Shown here: positions 26,739 to 35,770 of the stretch, one piece after another
Numbering within the stretch: the first letter of the stretch is position 1
Layout of the letters: each line of letters begins with the position of its first letter
Sequence record: NC_048054.1
DNA length: 64,000 nucleotides
Direction: 5' to 3' (one strand)
Position numbers and translations under genes: made by a program
Notes under the pieces: model-generated
Told to the model about the DNA's origin: nothing
Database searches by the model: none
The model's input: the letters and a program-made list of their open reading frames with translations, nothing else

Positions 26739-27116
26739 ATGATCGTCATTTGTAACAGTTCAAAACAGTTTTGTGCTGATCGTCTGGCACACGGGGATGC
26801 TTTTGTTTTTGGTAAAACTCGCATGTTGTTACGTGCGGACTTTATCGTCCTGACCGACAAAAACAATTGCTTCTATGTAGTACGCAAATCTGATGTTGTT
26901 TGGGCTCCCGAGCTTACGGGTGCGACGCATGTGATTAAGATCCGGGCGTTCGCCCAGATTAAGCCATTTGAACTCAACGCAGCATGTCCACAGTTCAATA
27001 GTCGCGTATTCGGAACAATCGCTTTCCGCAATCCGCACTTCGAACACAGACTGAATAGTCTGAAATATGTCGAGACAAACTTCGGAGGTTTACATGGCAC
27101 GGTATCATGTGTTTAG
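26739..27116 (+). CDS. hypothetical protein
   Basis: ATG 26739 preferred; start uncertain. Confidence 0.55.
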   Translation: MIVICNSSKQFCADRLAHGDAFVFGKTRMLLRADFIVLTDKNNCFYVVRKSDVVWAPELTGATHVIKIRAFAQIKPFELNAACPQFNSRVFGTIAFRNPHFEHRLNSLKYVETNFGGLHGTVSCV

Positions 27117-27345
27117 CGCGACCCATAGATATTACGGCGAAGCATACGAAGGTACGTGGCTGAAAGAGATTACACTCAACGGCCATCAAGTTACCTCAGC
27201 CGAGTTTAAAGACTTCGAGAGCGCAAAGGAATGCGCGGACAAGCTGCATGAGGTTTGCGATATAGGGTGGATCGTATACAACGCCTTCTCTGAAAGAGCG
27301 ATGTACGATACCCGCACAGAGCAAGGCGAGTCTGTAAATACATAG
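27094..27345 (+). CDS. hypothetical protein
   Basis: Start revised to ATG 27094 (GGAGG RBS). Confidence 0.75.
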   Translation: MARYHVFSATHRYYGEAYEGTWLKEITLNGHQVTSAEFKDFESAKECADKLHEVCDIGWIVYNAFSERAMYDTRTEQGESVNT

Positions 27346-27419
27346 CAGCCTCGCCTGCACCTATTCTTAATGTGGCGCTTACGGGCAACACACAAATTCA
27401 CTATCTAATGAGGTTCAGA

Positions 27420-27932
27420 ATGAAATTCACTTCCATCGCTATCGCACTGGTTATGGCCGCTTCTTCCGCTAACGCTGCAAACTACAAAGCTCCTGCTCCA
27501 GCTGCGGGCATGGAGTCTTCTGGTATGTCTATCTCTGACAAGCTGGACGACTCCTGCCAAACCAAGCTGGCTCAGGCCATTGACCTGCGTGGTGCCGTTG
27601 TTGACTTTGCCGTGTCGCGTGACGCTATCGACACTGTGCCGCTCTGGCCTCTGGTCTGTGCGCCGACTGTTGAAACCAAATCAATCAACGTTGAGCGTAC
27701 AGGCGCTGACCTGACGATCACCTACACCAACAACGATGTGAAGATGCCAAAACTTACTTTGGTGTTGCAGCGCGTTAAGTCTGAGAATGACGATGATGCA
27801 CCTGCGTATCAGATCGTTCAGGTCGGAGATATGAATGCGATGGGCTACGAAGAACAGTCCGCCGTTAAAGATTGGCTGCTTGATTGCTATGCTGCCACTA
27901 TTCAAGATGACATGGTGGCGGTGCTGAACTAA
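27420..27932 (+). CDS. secreted/periplasmic protein with Sec signal peptide
   Basis: Start revised to ATG 27420; MKFTSIAIALVMAASSANA-A has the n/h/c regions and an A-x-A site; two Cys in the mature part. Confidence 0.75.
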   Translation: MKFTSIAIALVMAASSANAANYKAPAPAAGMESSGMSISDKLDDSCQTKLAQAIDLRGAVVDFAVSRDAIDTVPLWPLVCAPTVETKSINVERTGADLTITYTNNDVKMPKLTLVLQRVKSENDDDAPAYQIVQVGDMNAMGYEEQSAVKDWLLDCYAATIQDDMVAVLN

Positions 27933-28219
27933 TGAAAGGAAAGAAGTTAGACGTATTCCTGCAACAACGCACGGCGATAAACAAGGTAGCTTCCAGTCCG
28001 CAAGACTGGCAGACCTATAAAGAAATGCTGTTGAACATACGGCTCGCCGTTGCTGTTGAACCACGACCCGATGCTGCGGTACGGCACTTAGCTCGTACTT
28101 GGCACGCGGAAAAGAAATATGCGCTCCCTGTCTGTCAGGCTACGCTTCTTAAACTCATGACGTTGAAGAAAGCGAACCAAACGCTTGAAGAAATGATCGC
28201 GCTCTACATTGGACCTTGA
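27932..28219 (+). CDS. hypothetical protein
   Basis: 95-aa ORF, TAATG overlap. Confidence 0.75.
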   Translation: MKGKKLDVFLQQRTAINKVASSPQDWQTYKEMLLNIRLAVAVEPRPDAAVRHLARTWHAEKKYALPVCQATLLKLMTLKKANQTLEEMIALYIGP

Positions 28220-28234
28220 GGAAGGACAGAAACA

Positions 28235-29407
28235 ATGAACGATATCGCCAGTATTGCCCGCAGCATTTTCGAACGTGGTACTATCGAGCAACGTGATGCG
28301 TTACGCGCAGTTGCGAATACCGTACTCGTGCCTTCCATGCGACTCTCCTATGAAGTCGCCGAACCTACGGTTGAAGAAACGTATCGCCTCCTTGAAGGCA
28401 TCGCGTTCACAGGCGACGGCAAGATGATGCTGCCTGGTGACGAGATCTATGCGCTCGATTCTCTTTTGAACAAAGAGTGGAAGAAGACTTTCTTCGAAGC
28501 TGTTGCGAACATGACGCTTACCATGTATTGCACAGACCCGCATACCGCAGGCAAAGGCTTCTGGCCTAAGAGCAACAATGATTGTTGCGAGTTTATTACG
28601 CGGGCCTTTATCTGGATGCTCACTCAGCACGGTCTGACCAATATTCTGGTGCGTGATACGAGCGTCGTAAGTCATACGCGTCTGCCGCAGTTTATCATTG
28701 CGTTGCAGACAGAAGGTAAAGATGATGGCTATGCGCGTCATTTCAGTTTGTATGATCCGTATTCTGATTCAGGCAATATCACTGTTTCTAACTTGTGGTC
28801 TGAGGAATACAAAGCTGCCAGAGTGAGTGAGACTCTTGCAGGCCGTCCGCCTGAATACGATGCGGTTCGCCATATGAATTTCGATGATCTTGCAGATCTG
28901 TGTGAGCGACTGGAACTCATTGCAGTGAAGTCTGACTCGAATTGCGATTGTGACGACGATGACTGCGAATGCGACGAGCTGGTAACTCGCCATGACCTCG
29001 ACCGCGACCCAGATGATCTGCGTGAAATCTTCTACGCCAAGTATGGCGACCCTGACGACGAAGGCGTTGTCGATGAAGAAGACTGGATCACAGGCGCTTC
29101 ACTCATGGAAGTTGAAATCAATCTGCCGATTGTCACTCTGCACAAGCCCGTGCCTAAAACGAATATGCCAAGATCTGGGCATATGAAAATGAAAAAGCCG
29201 ATGGCGAAATCGACTAACAAGAGTCGCGTCGTTTTGAACCACGACCAGCAGATTTGGCATGAGCTGGATGAAAAGCAAGAGTTCGGTGATCGCCGTTTTG
29301 CTATTACTCTCGTATCACGTCATACGTGCGGCATCAATCGCCCTGTCGCAACGAACAACGAAGCGCTGGCTATCGCATACGCCCTGTTAGCGTTAGACAG
29401 CAAATAA
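28235..29407 (+). CDS. hypothetical protein with a Cys/acidic insert and a helical module
   Basis: 390 aa; MNFDDLADLCERLEL...CDCDDDDCECDE...DPDDLREIF. Confidence 0.8.
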   Translation: MNDIASIARSIFERGTIEQRDALRAVANTVLVPSMRLSYEVAEPTVEETYRLLEGIAFTGDGKMMLPGDEIYALDSLLNKEWKKTFFEAVANMTLTMYCTDPHTAGKGFWPKSNNDCCEFITRAFIWMLTQHGLTNILVRDTSVVSHTRLPQFIIALQTEGKDDGYARHFSLYDPYSDSGNITVSNLWSEEYKAARVSETLAGRPPEYDAVRHMNFDDLADLCERLELIAVKSDSNCDCDDDDCECDELVTRHDLDRDPDDLREIFYAKYGDPDDEGVVDEEDWITGASLMEVEINLPIVTLHKPVPKTNMPRSGHMKMKKPMAKSTNKSRVVLNHDQQIWHELDEKQEFGDRRFAITLVSRHTCGINRPVATNNEALAIAYALLALDSK

Positions 29408-29452
29408 CTGGTCAAACTAGCGCTTCAATTCGAGGCGCTTTTCTGCTATAAT
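29400..29452 (+). promoter_or_regulatory. sigma70-type promoter with conserved upstream element
   Basis: GCAAATAACTGGTCAAACTAGC; 32 nt to TG-c-TATAAT (29447-29452); inverted repeat AGCGC/GCGCT in the spacer. Confidence 0.75.
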
Positions 29453-29519
29453 CATAGCTAGAGCAATATCGCTCTCAACGTCATTTTTAACCATACGTTT
29501 ATAACGGGAATTGTCATTT

Positions 29520-29822
29520 ATGTCACGCACTATTTCACGCAAGAAAGCAGTTAACCTCATGTCCACCACTTACAACGCGAAACACCCTGAGTACCTGCCG
29601 CGCCTGTTGGCCGAAGATATGGACTCGACTCACCTGTTTGAGTTTCGTGAAATGGTAATCGCCAAGATCCAATCTGGCGAAGACCCAACTAAAGTGGTCG
29701 ATGATATGATCGATACTGCAATCCGCGTCACTCAGGTTCGTCGTCGCACCAGCAATGATTATAATCCTAAGATCGCTGACGTGCTGACTGATGAAATGCG
29801 TGAGATGCTCCGTAACCTTTAA
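29520..29822 (+). CDS. hypothetical protein
   Basis: ATG 29520 chosen; start uncertain. Confidence 0.7.
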   Translation: MSRTISRKKAVNLMSTTYNAKHPEYLPRLLAEDMDSTHLFEFREMVIAKIQSGEDPTKVVDDMIDTAIRVTQVRRRTSNDYNPKIADVLTDEMREMLRNL

Positions 29823-29830
29823 GGATTAAA

Positions 29831-30385
29831 ATGAAAAGCTACGGTTACTTCTTCATTCTGAATCACATCGCTATGGCCGTAGATGCACCCGACAAGGACG
29901 TCGGGTTTAAAGCTCTGGTTGAACTGGATATGCTCAATCGCGCATCTATCTTTACGCGCCCTGACGCCGAGCCTCGCGCTGCAAAACTTGTACGCGATTT
30001 AACTCAGGCTATCTATCCACCTGCATCCGATATCCATCCGACTGTTGCGCAGCGTATGATGTTGGTGAAAGCGCTGCACGACGAAGAACTCGAATCTATC
30101 GTCGGCGGTATTCGATTCTTCGTGCCGTTTGCGTACACGAAAGAACAACTGACCGAGCAGTTCGGTTTCTTTGATAGTGGTGAGGCTCTTAACGTGCCCT
30201 ACTATCTGCGACACATGCTCATGGACGATCAAGCCGTCTTCCTTGACGGTAAGCTGACCAGCTTCGCGCATTCGTGTGCATATGGAGAAGTGACGCAGAC
30301 AGCCAGAACCTACGGTCTGCTTCCTGCTCAGGCTTATGGCAAGAACGATATCCCTGAGCAATTCAAACATCTGCCTCTGTTTTAG
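29831..30385 (+). CDS. hypothetical protein
   Basis: 184-aa ORF, AAGGA RBS. Confidence 0.8.
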   Translation: MKSYGYFFILNHIAMAVDAPDKDVGFKALVELDMLNRASIFTRPDAEPRAAKLVRDLTQAIYPPASDIHPTVAQRMMLVKALHDEELESIVGGIRFFVPFAYTKEQLTEQFGFFDSGEALNVPYYLRHMLMDDQAVFLDGKLTSFAHSCAYGEVTQTARTYGLLPAQAYGKNDIPEQFKHLPLF

Positions 30386-30397
30386 GAGACAACGCTC

Positions 30398-30856
30398 ATG
30401 GGAGTTGTTAAAGGCATAACCGCTACCACGTTCCCTTCTCGGGGACGTGACGAGGGCCAGAAGATTGCTCTCAAGACTCGCTGGGGAATTTATCCAGCGG
30501 TCATTGTGCGACAAGATAACGACCAGCCGTACAATGAGATATGGAAGATCGATGCAAAGAATCTTCCTCGTCGTTATTTCACCGAGAACGACGACCTGTT
30601 CGTGTCACGTCACTACATTGAGAACTACGCAAAGCATTCACCTATCTGTCCGAAGGGTGAGCATGAAGACCAGTTCGTTGATGTTGTGTTTGACTACGAC
30701 ACACAAAATAAATGCGAAGGCGTCGTTGTGACGCATCGTGATCTGCTTTTGGTAATTCTGATTACCACAGGCCCACATTCAGGTCGCTACGTTACTGGCA
30801 AAGAATGTCAGTATGCACCACGACCTCGCTCCACCAAAGAACTTATCGACAACTAA
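30398..30856 (+). CDS. hypothetical phage protein with a tandemly duplicated beta-rich domain
   Basis: FPSRGRDEGQKI...AVIVRQD...RHYI and CPKGEHEDQFV...GVVV...GRYVTGKECQY look like two copies of one domain. Confidence 0.75.
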   Translation: MGVVKGITATTFPSRGRDEGQKIALKTRWGIYPAVIVRQDNDQPYNEIWKIDAKNLPRRYFTENDDLFVSRHYIENYAKHSPICPKGEHEDQFVDVVFDYDTQNKCEGVVVTHRDLLLVILITTGPHSGRYVTGKECQYAPRPRSTKELIDN

Positions 30857-30866
30857 GGATATAAGA

Positions 30867-31436
30867 ATGCAATTCAAAGTAATGCCAGACCTCGAACGTT
30901 TCCCTGACTTCATTATGCCTAAACGTGCTACTGCACATTCGGCTGGGTTTGACCTGTTTGCACAGGAAGATATGATCATCACCGAGCAAACAACTTTGTT
31001 TGAGTTGGGCTTTAAAGCAGCCGTACCTCGCGACTTTACTGGCGCTAACGATCAGGTTCCGAAAGAGTATGTAGGGATCATCTTCCCACGAAGTGGCCTG
31101 GGTGCTAAGTTCAACTGTCAATTGTCAAACACGCTCGGTGTTATTGATTGTGACTACCGTGGACAATGGATGGCCGCTATGCACCTAGGCGGTAAAGGCA
31201 CTAAGAGTGGTGCGCTCGAAAAAGTACGCGCACTTCTTCAACGTGTTGCACCTTCTGTTGCCGCTCTGGTCACGGGGCCTGATACGCAACTCGCGCTTCA
31301 CATCAAGCGTGGCGAAGCATTTGCACAAGTGCTGTTCTTCGAAGTACCTCTGATGGACATTGCGCAAGTCACCGAGCTGGACGACACTGAACGCGGTGAG
31401 GGTGGTTTCGGTTCCACCACACCTGCTCGTGGATAA
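30867..31436 (+). CDS. dut: trimeric dUTPase with insertion
   Basis: Motifs I AGFDL, II RSGLG, III GVIDCDYRG, IV GEAFAQ, V RGEGGFGST. Start revised to ATG 30867. Confidence 0.95.
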   Translation: MQFKVMPDLERFPDFIMPKRATAHSAGFDLFAQEDMIITEQTTLFELGFKAAVPRDFTGANDQVPKEYVGIIFPRSGLGAKFNCQLSNTLGVIDCDYRGQWMAAMHLGGKGTKSGALEKVRALLQRVAPSVAALVTGPDTQLALHIKRGEAFAQVLFFEVPLMDIAQVTELDDTERGEGGFGSTTPARG

Positions 31437-31446
31437 TCTGCTGATA

Positions 31447-31644
31447 GTGATTATCGCCTACTATATTGTGGGCGTTATCATATTCATTCGCGATCTATGC
31501 GAAGTCGCAGAAGACACGGTGCTCCGCAAACAGTTCAATGCGGAACTCGAACAGATCTCTAACACAGGTCTTGCGATTGAACTTATCCGTGTTGTGCTAT
31601 TCGTTGTGTTTATCCACATTCCTTGCTGGATATTCCGCGTATAG
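31447..31644 (+). CDS. small membrane protein
   Basis: Two hydrophobic segments; start uncertain. Confidence 0.5.
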   Translation: MIIAYYIVGVIIFIRDLCEVAEDTVLRKQFNAELEQISNTGLAIELIRVVLFVVFIHIPCWIFRV

Positions 31645-31702
31645 TGACGCTACTCACACGAGGAGCCTTACGTGGGTTCCTCATTATCGTAATATAAACA
31701 CT

Positions 31703-32017
31703 ATGGCAAAGAAAACTTATCTGCTACCTCGTGAGCGCCCAAGCCCGTTGCCTAATCTACGAGCCTATCTCGCGTTTCTCGCCCGGAAGCCTAATGCTAA
31801 TCGCGCAGTATTAGAATCGTATTGCAAAGCAAGTCTGGCACAAATGGCGCGCGGCCGTTTCTTTGTAGGTAAGCTCTTTGGCTACAAGGTGTATACGAAA
31901 TCGAACAAGCTCGCATACACGGTTGTGTGGATTGACCCATACAACTACGATTGTCTTGTTCTAAACCATCAAAGGAGAGAAGTAGAGTTTAAAAACCTTT
32001 ATGGCCTGCTTTTATAG
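31703..32017 (+). CDS. hypothetical basic protein
   Basis: ATG 31703 chosen; the track's upstream extension overlaps the previous gene. Confidence 0.6.
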   Translation: MAKKTYLLPRERPSPLPNLRAYLAFLARKPNANRAVLESYCKASLAQMARGRFFVGKLFGYKVYTKSNKLAYTVVWIDPYNYDCLVLNHQRREVEFKNLYGLLL

Positions 32018-32054
32018 TTAGGTCCTAGCGCCTTCACACTAGGGGAATCTTCCG

Positions 32055-32732
32055 ATGATAACTGTTCTTAACAATCGTACCGACGAGGTAATTAAACGCC
32101 TGAACGTAGCAGTATGGGTATGTGTCGCAATCATGTTTGCTGTCTTCATCGCAATCGTGAGTAACGCAAACGCCAGTATGTCTACAGGCCCTGACAACGC
32201 CATTGATCTTTCATCTTCCGTGTCACTCGATCCCTCCAATCGTGTGGCAACCAAATACAAGGAGATAGAAAAGGCAGTAGCCGCAAAAGAAGAACGAAGG
32301 CCCAAACGTTATGTAACGAGAGAGCGCCTCCGACAACTCTATGCGCACTTGCCGCATCCGTCTGACTTAGGCAAGCAGATTGATTTGGCCGCAGAGAAGT
32401 ACAACGTAGATGCAAAATTGCTTCTATCGATCTGCGTGTCCGAGTCGCATCTTCGTGCAAAGGTCAGGAACAAGTCCGGAGCTACAGGCCTGTGTCAAAT
32501 CATGCCTAAAATGCACGGACGTTCTGTACGGGAACTCATGGACTACCGAATCAATGTTGATCAGGCAGCCCAGATTGTTGCGTTACTAAACAAGCAGTGT
32601 AGAGGCAGACGCGCCTGCGTCATCCAAAGTTACAACACTGGTTGGGGAGCATATTTGAGAGGGGTACGTGCCCCACAATATTTAGCGAAAGTACAGACTG
32701 AGTATCGCCGCAAGCATACTCCATCTTCCTAA
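32055..32732 (+). CDS. soluble lytic transglycosylase (SLT family) with N-terminal TM helix
   Basis: AAEKYNVDAKLLLSICVSES (catalytic Glu), SGATGLCQIMP, NVDQAAQIV, SYNTG; TM segment VAVWVCVAIMFAVFIAIVSNANA. Confidence 0.9.
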   Translation: MITVLNNRTDEVIKRLNVAVWVCVAIMFAVFIAIVSNANASMSTGPDNAIDLSSSVSLDPSNRVATKYKEIEKAVAAKEERRPKRYVTRERLRQLYAHLPHPSDLGKQIDLAAEKYNVDAKLLLSICVSESHLRAKVRNKSGATGLCQIMPKMHGRSVRELMDYRINVDQAAQIVALLNKQCRGRRACVIQSYNTGWGAYLRGVRAPQYLAKVQTEYRRKHTPSS

Positions 32733-32747
32733 TAAGAGGACATAATA

Positions 32748-33434
32748 ATGAACATCAATATCACCACGCTGTACAAAATGCAATTCCAGTTACTGAAACC
32801 TCTGTCACCTCGTCAGGAGTATGCGCTTGTTGTGCTGCTCTGCGACAACGTGCAGGACGGTGATGTGGCTGCACTGGCACAAGTAATCGTTCGTGACTAT
32901 CCGCACGTTGCGCGTCTGTATGATGCGTTCGCTGCTGCCAACCAATACGAAAACGCTGTGCCGTTTATCGTGCCTGTGTTGAACTCCGAAGAAGTCACCG
33001 AAGAGATCTTCTGCATTCGTAATCACGCTCTGGTTGTTGCACCTGGCCTGCGCGATTCTCTGTATCAGGCTCTGACTCGCGTTGTAATGATGCGTGAAAC
33101 TCCTGATGAATTGCTGATGCGTGAAGGCGCTGAATTGATTCTGGTCCATGACGCTCTGCCGTTCTTACTTGGCCAGTTCGTTGACAGTATGCTCGACGCG
33201 TACAACTGTGGTGTGCTGCCTATGGTTATTCGTCCTACGAAAGACCAGCAGGCTATGCGTGATGATCGCCTGTTGTCGTTTGAGATGTTGCGCGACAACA
33301 ATATGTTCTCTGGGAGTCTGGACTTCACTAAAGCTCTACAGCCGAGCGAGAAAGCAAAAGCAATTGCTGCCCAGCTTATCTCTCGTCTGCGTGGTGTCAA
33401 GCCTGCACACGGCTTCGATGCAGTAGCACAATAA
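32748..33434 (+). CDS. hypothetical protein
   Basis: 228-aa ORF, GAGGA RBS. Confidence 0.8.
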   Translation: MNINITTLYKMQFQLLKPLSPRQEYALVVLLCDNVQDGDVAALAQVIVRDYPHVARLYDAFAAANQYENAVPFIVPVLNSEEVTEEIFCIRNHALVVAPGLRDSLYQALTRVVMMRETPDELLMREGAELILVHDALPFLLGQFVDSMLDAYNCGVLPMVIRPTKDQQAMRDDRLLSFEMLRDNNMFSGSLDFTKALQPSEKAKAIAAQLISRLRGVKPAHGFDAVAQ

Positions 33435-33441
33435 AACACAA

Positions 33442-33470
33442 CGGGAGACCTTAACTGGTTTCCCGTTTTT
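33442..33470 (+). terminator. Rho-independent terminator
   Basis: CGGGAGACC-TTAACT-GGTTTCCCG then TTTTT. Confidence 0.8.
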
Positions 33471-33502
33471 CATTTCTGCGCAAATTTTTTGAGACTACGA
33501 CA

Positions 33503-34444
33503 ATGACTAAAATGGCTGCTCTGCCTTTCGCTGATTCTGCCCAGCGTAACCGCTATTTCGCTGAGAGCATTCGCGCTCTTAAACTTAACTCTGTTTGGGA
33601 CTATGTTGTGTCAAACAATAACCCAAACTGGAAAGGCGATCCGTTGCTGCGCCATATGCACTATCACTCCACTGAGCACATGAAGCAGGTCACAGCTCTG
33701 GCTCTTTGGTTGTTGTACAGAGAATCGCAGCATACGTGGCAGTATGATGCAGGCGCATTGCCTTTGGCCGTTGCCTGCATGTTTCACGACATGGACCATT
33801 CACTCGGACGCCTCAATGATGAAGCTAATATTCGTCAGGCGCAGGATGCTTTTAGGAAGTATCTGACAGTGTGCGATGACGACCGCATCAAAGACCACGC
33901 GGAAATCATTCTCGACTTGATAGACATTACGCGGTTCCCTTACATGAAGAACCGTCAGCCGAAAAATCTGATCGAACGTTGCATTCGTGACGCCGATATT
34001 CTATATGGCATGCAGGACGATGCTCTGGATATCGTGATGTTCTCGCTGCGCCGAGAAGTGAATCGCAATGTAAATGAAAACGTTTACTTCCAGGCAGACG
34101 TGTGGGCACAAGGCCGCGTTGACTTCCTTCGCAGTGTTGAAATCTACTGCCCTACTGCTGATGCAATTATGGAGTGGCTGCTGTCAGAGGACAACGACCA
34201 CAATCATCAAGATCGAATCGACGACTGGATGGCACACGAAGTTAGTTTCCGTGATACGTTTGCACAGAAACTCGAAGTCAATGACGTGCTGTTCATCGAC
34301 ACTGAGGAAGACAGTACGCCTAAGCGCCGACTGATCAAACAGATTGAAGACATTGGTGAAGGCTTCAACGTCGTATTCGACGGTGATGAAGGTGTCTATC
34401 TGCGCAATGGTGAGGGTTGTGTGATCGTCGAAAGACGCAAATAA
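33503..34444 (+). CDS. HD-domain phosphohydrolase with C-terminal beta-rich domain
   Basis: YHSTEH...CMFHDMDH...IRDADI gives the H..HD..D metal-binding pattern. Confidence 0.8.
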   Translation: MTKMAALPFADSAQRNRYFAESIRALKLNSVWDYVVSNNNPNWKGDPLLRHMHYHSTEHMKQVTALALWLLYRESQHTWQYDAGALPLAVACMFHDMDHSLGRLNDEANIRQAQDAFRKYLTVCDDDRIKDHAEIILDLIDITRFPYMKNRQPKNLIERCIRDADILYGMQDDALDIVMFSLRREVNRNVNENVYFQADVWAQGRVDFLRSVEIYCPTADAIMEWLLSEDNDHNHQDRIDDWMAHEVSFRDTFAQKLEVNDVLFIDTEEDSTPKRRLIKQIEDIGEGFNVVFDGDEGVYLRNGEGCVIVERRK

Positions 34445-34489
34445 TAGGCTGAAATAGCCATACTGTCTAAAGTGCACCTGTGATAAAAT
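34438..34489 (+). promoter_or_regulatory. sigma70-type promoter with conserved upstream element
   Basis: CAAATAATAGGCTGAAATAGC (same variant as 6658); 32 nt to TG-a-TAAAAT (34484-34489). Confidence 0.7.
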
Positions 34490-34521
34490 ACGCGTAGACG
34501 CACTAACAAAGAGAAAACGAT

Positions 34522-35226
34522 ATGAAGCCGCTAAAACGAATCCCTCTGAGTTCGGACACAAACCTGTTTGCTATTAACGCCATAGTGCATATGACCGCAT
34601 TCCTATATCTGGACGTTACTGTGCATTCCGAACACTTCGGAGACAAAGAGATAATGTTACCAGTGCGTGTTAATCACAATGTGTCGCCGCACGAACGTCT
34701 GGCTGGTGTACAATATGCCGCGTATATACCTGTGCTGGCGTGTCATCCAACCTCGGACACAGAGTTTTATACAGAGCTTGGTTATACGGAAGTGAATGTC
34801 AAACACTTCACCATGGACTGCGCCAAATGTAGCCATTGGGCATATATAGGACTTTTGCCTGACGTGGCTGAGTCTGATATTAGAGATAAGCGTTACGTTG
34901 CTCCTCTGCGTGTGCATACAGTCCCGCATGAAAGAGGTATGCCTGAGGTATACAGACGTAACATCGTTCACGGCGCAGCGATACGCACTGACTACTTGCG
35001 TACTTCGGCTTTGGATAGTATTGATGACGAAACCTGGGAACAGCTACGGGCACGTCCAGATCACGGCACGTCGTGGTCGCAGTTCCTGGATTCTATCACT
35101 AATGGCCGATTGACTCCTAAGGACAATCTGTCCGAGTGTCTCGAAGACATTGACCAAGAGTTCATGCCTGAGCGTGTAGTTAAACGCCTGCGTCTGGCTC
35201 AAGCTGAAAGACGCATGAGAGGTTAA
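34522..35226 (+). CDS. hypothetical protein
   Basis: 234-aa ORF, first gene after the promoter; contains a CAKC motif. Confidence 0.75.
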   Translation: MKPLKRIPLSSDTNLFAINAIVHMTAFLYLDVTVHSEHFGDKEIMLPVRVNHNVSPHERLAGVQYAAYIPVLACHPTSDTEFYTELGYTEVNVKHFTMDCAKCSHWAYIGLLPDVAESDIRDKRYVAPLRVHTVPHERGMPEVYRRNIVHGAAIRTDYLRTSALDSIDDETWEQLRARPDHGTSWSQFLDSITNGRLTPKDNLSECLEDIDQEFMPERVVKRLRLAQAERRMRG

Positions 35227-35231
35227 TCATT

Positions 35232-35459
35232 ATGCACGATATATACAAGGTGAGTGCTGTCCTGTTCTACCTGCTTGGCGCTATGGCTTTCCTTGCACAT
35301 ATCGTTGGCTTCGTGAAGAACTGGATGAAGATAAAAGAGATGCGGCAGAAAGCACAGGCGAAGATTGCCAAAGTGAAAACGCCGCACGAACTGATTAGAC
35401 GCCGTTTGCGTAAAGCAGAAGAACGCGCACGGCATCGACCACGTAAACTGAGAGATTGA
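35232..35459 (+). CDS. small membrane protein with a basic C-terminus
   Basis: N-terminal TM segment followed by a K/R-rich tail. Confidence 0.7.
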   Translation: MHDIYKVSAVLFYLLGAMAFLAHIVGFVKNWMKIKEMRQKAQAKIAKVKTPHELIRRRLRKAEERARHRPRKLRD

Positions 35460-35461
35460 TT

Positions 35462-35770
35462 ATGGCTGAGATAACTATCGAACCTAAATTGACAAACAAA
35501 GTACGCAAGGCTCTTGAGACTTGCTGGAATGAAACAACCAATAGAAACGAAGGCCCGATAGCATTCTCGTTTCTCGCCTCATCTTTTGCCAAAGATGGTA
35601 AGCGCCTGTTCGAAGGTGAGTTGCGCCTGATCAATGCGATTCTGCGCGAAGCCATAAACATCAACCTGTATGGCTGGTACGTAGCAACTGTCCATAACAG
35701 TAAAAAGGGTGACATGCTGATATTCCAGCCTGTTGCTGACCTCGAAGATATCGTTGAACTGGAGCTCTAA
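35462..35770 (+). CDS. hypothetical protein
   Basis: ATG 35462. Confidence 0.75.
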   Translation: MAEITIEPKLTNKVRKALETCWNETTNRNEGPIAFSFLASSFAKDGKRLFEGELRLINAILREAININLYGWYVATVHNSKKGDMLIFQPVADLEDIVELEL

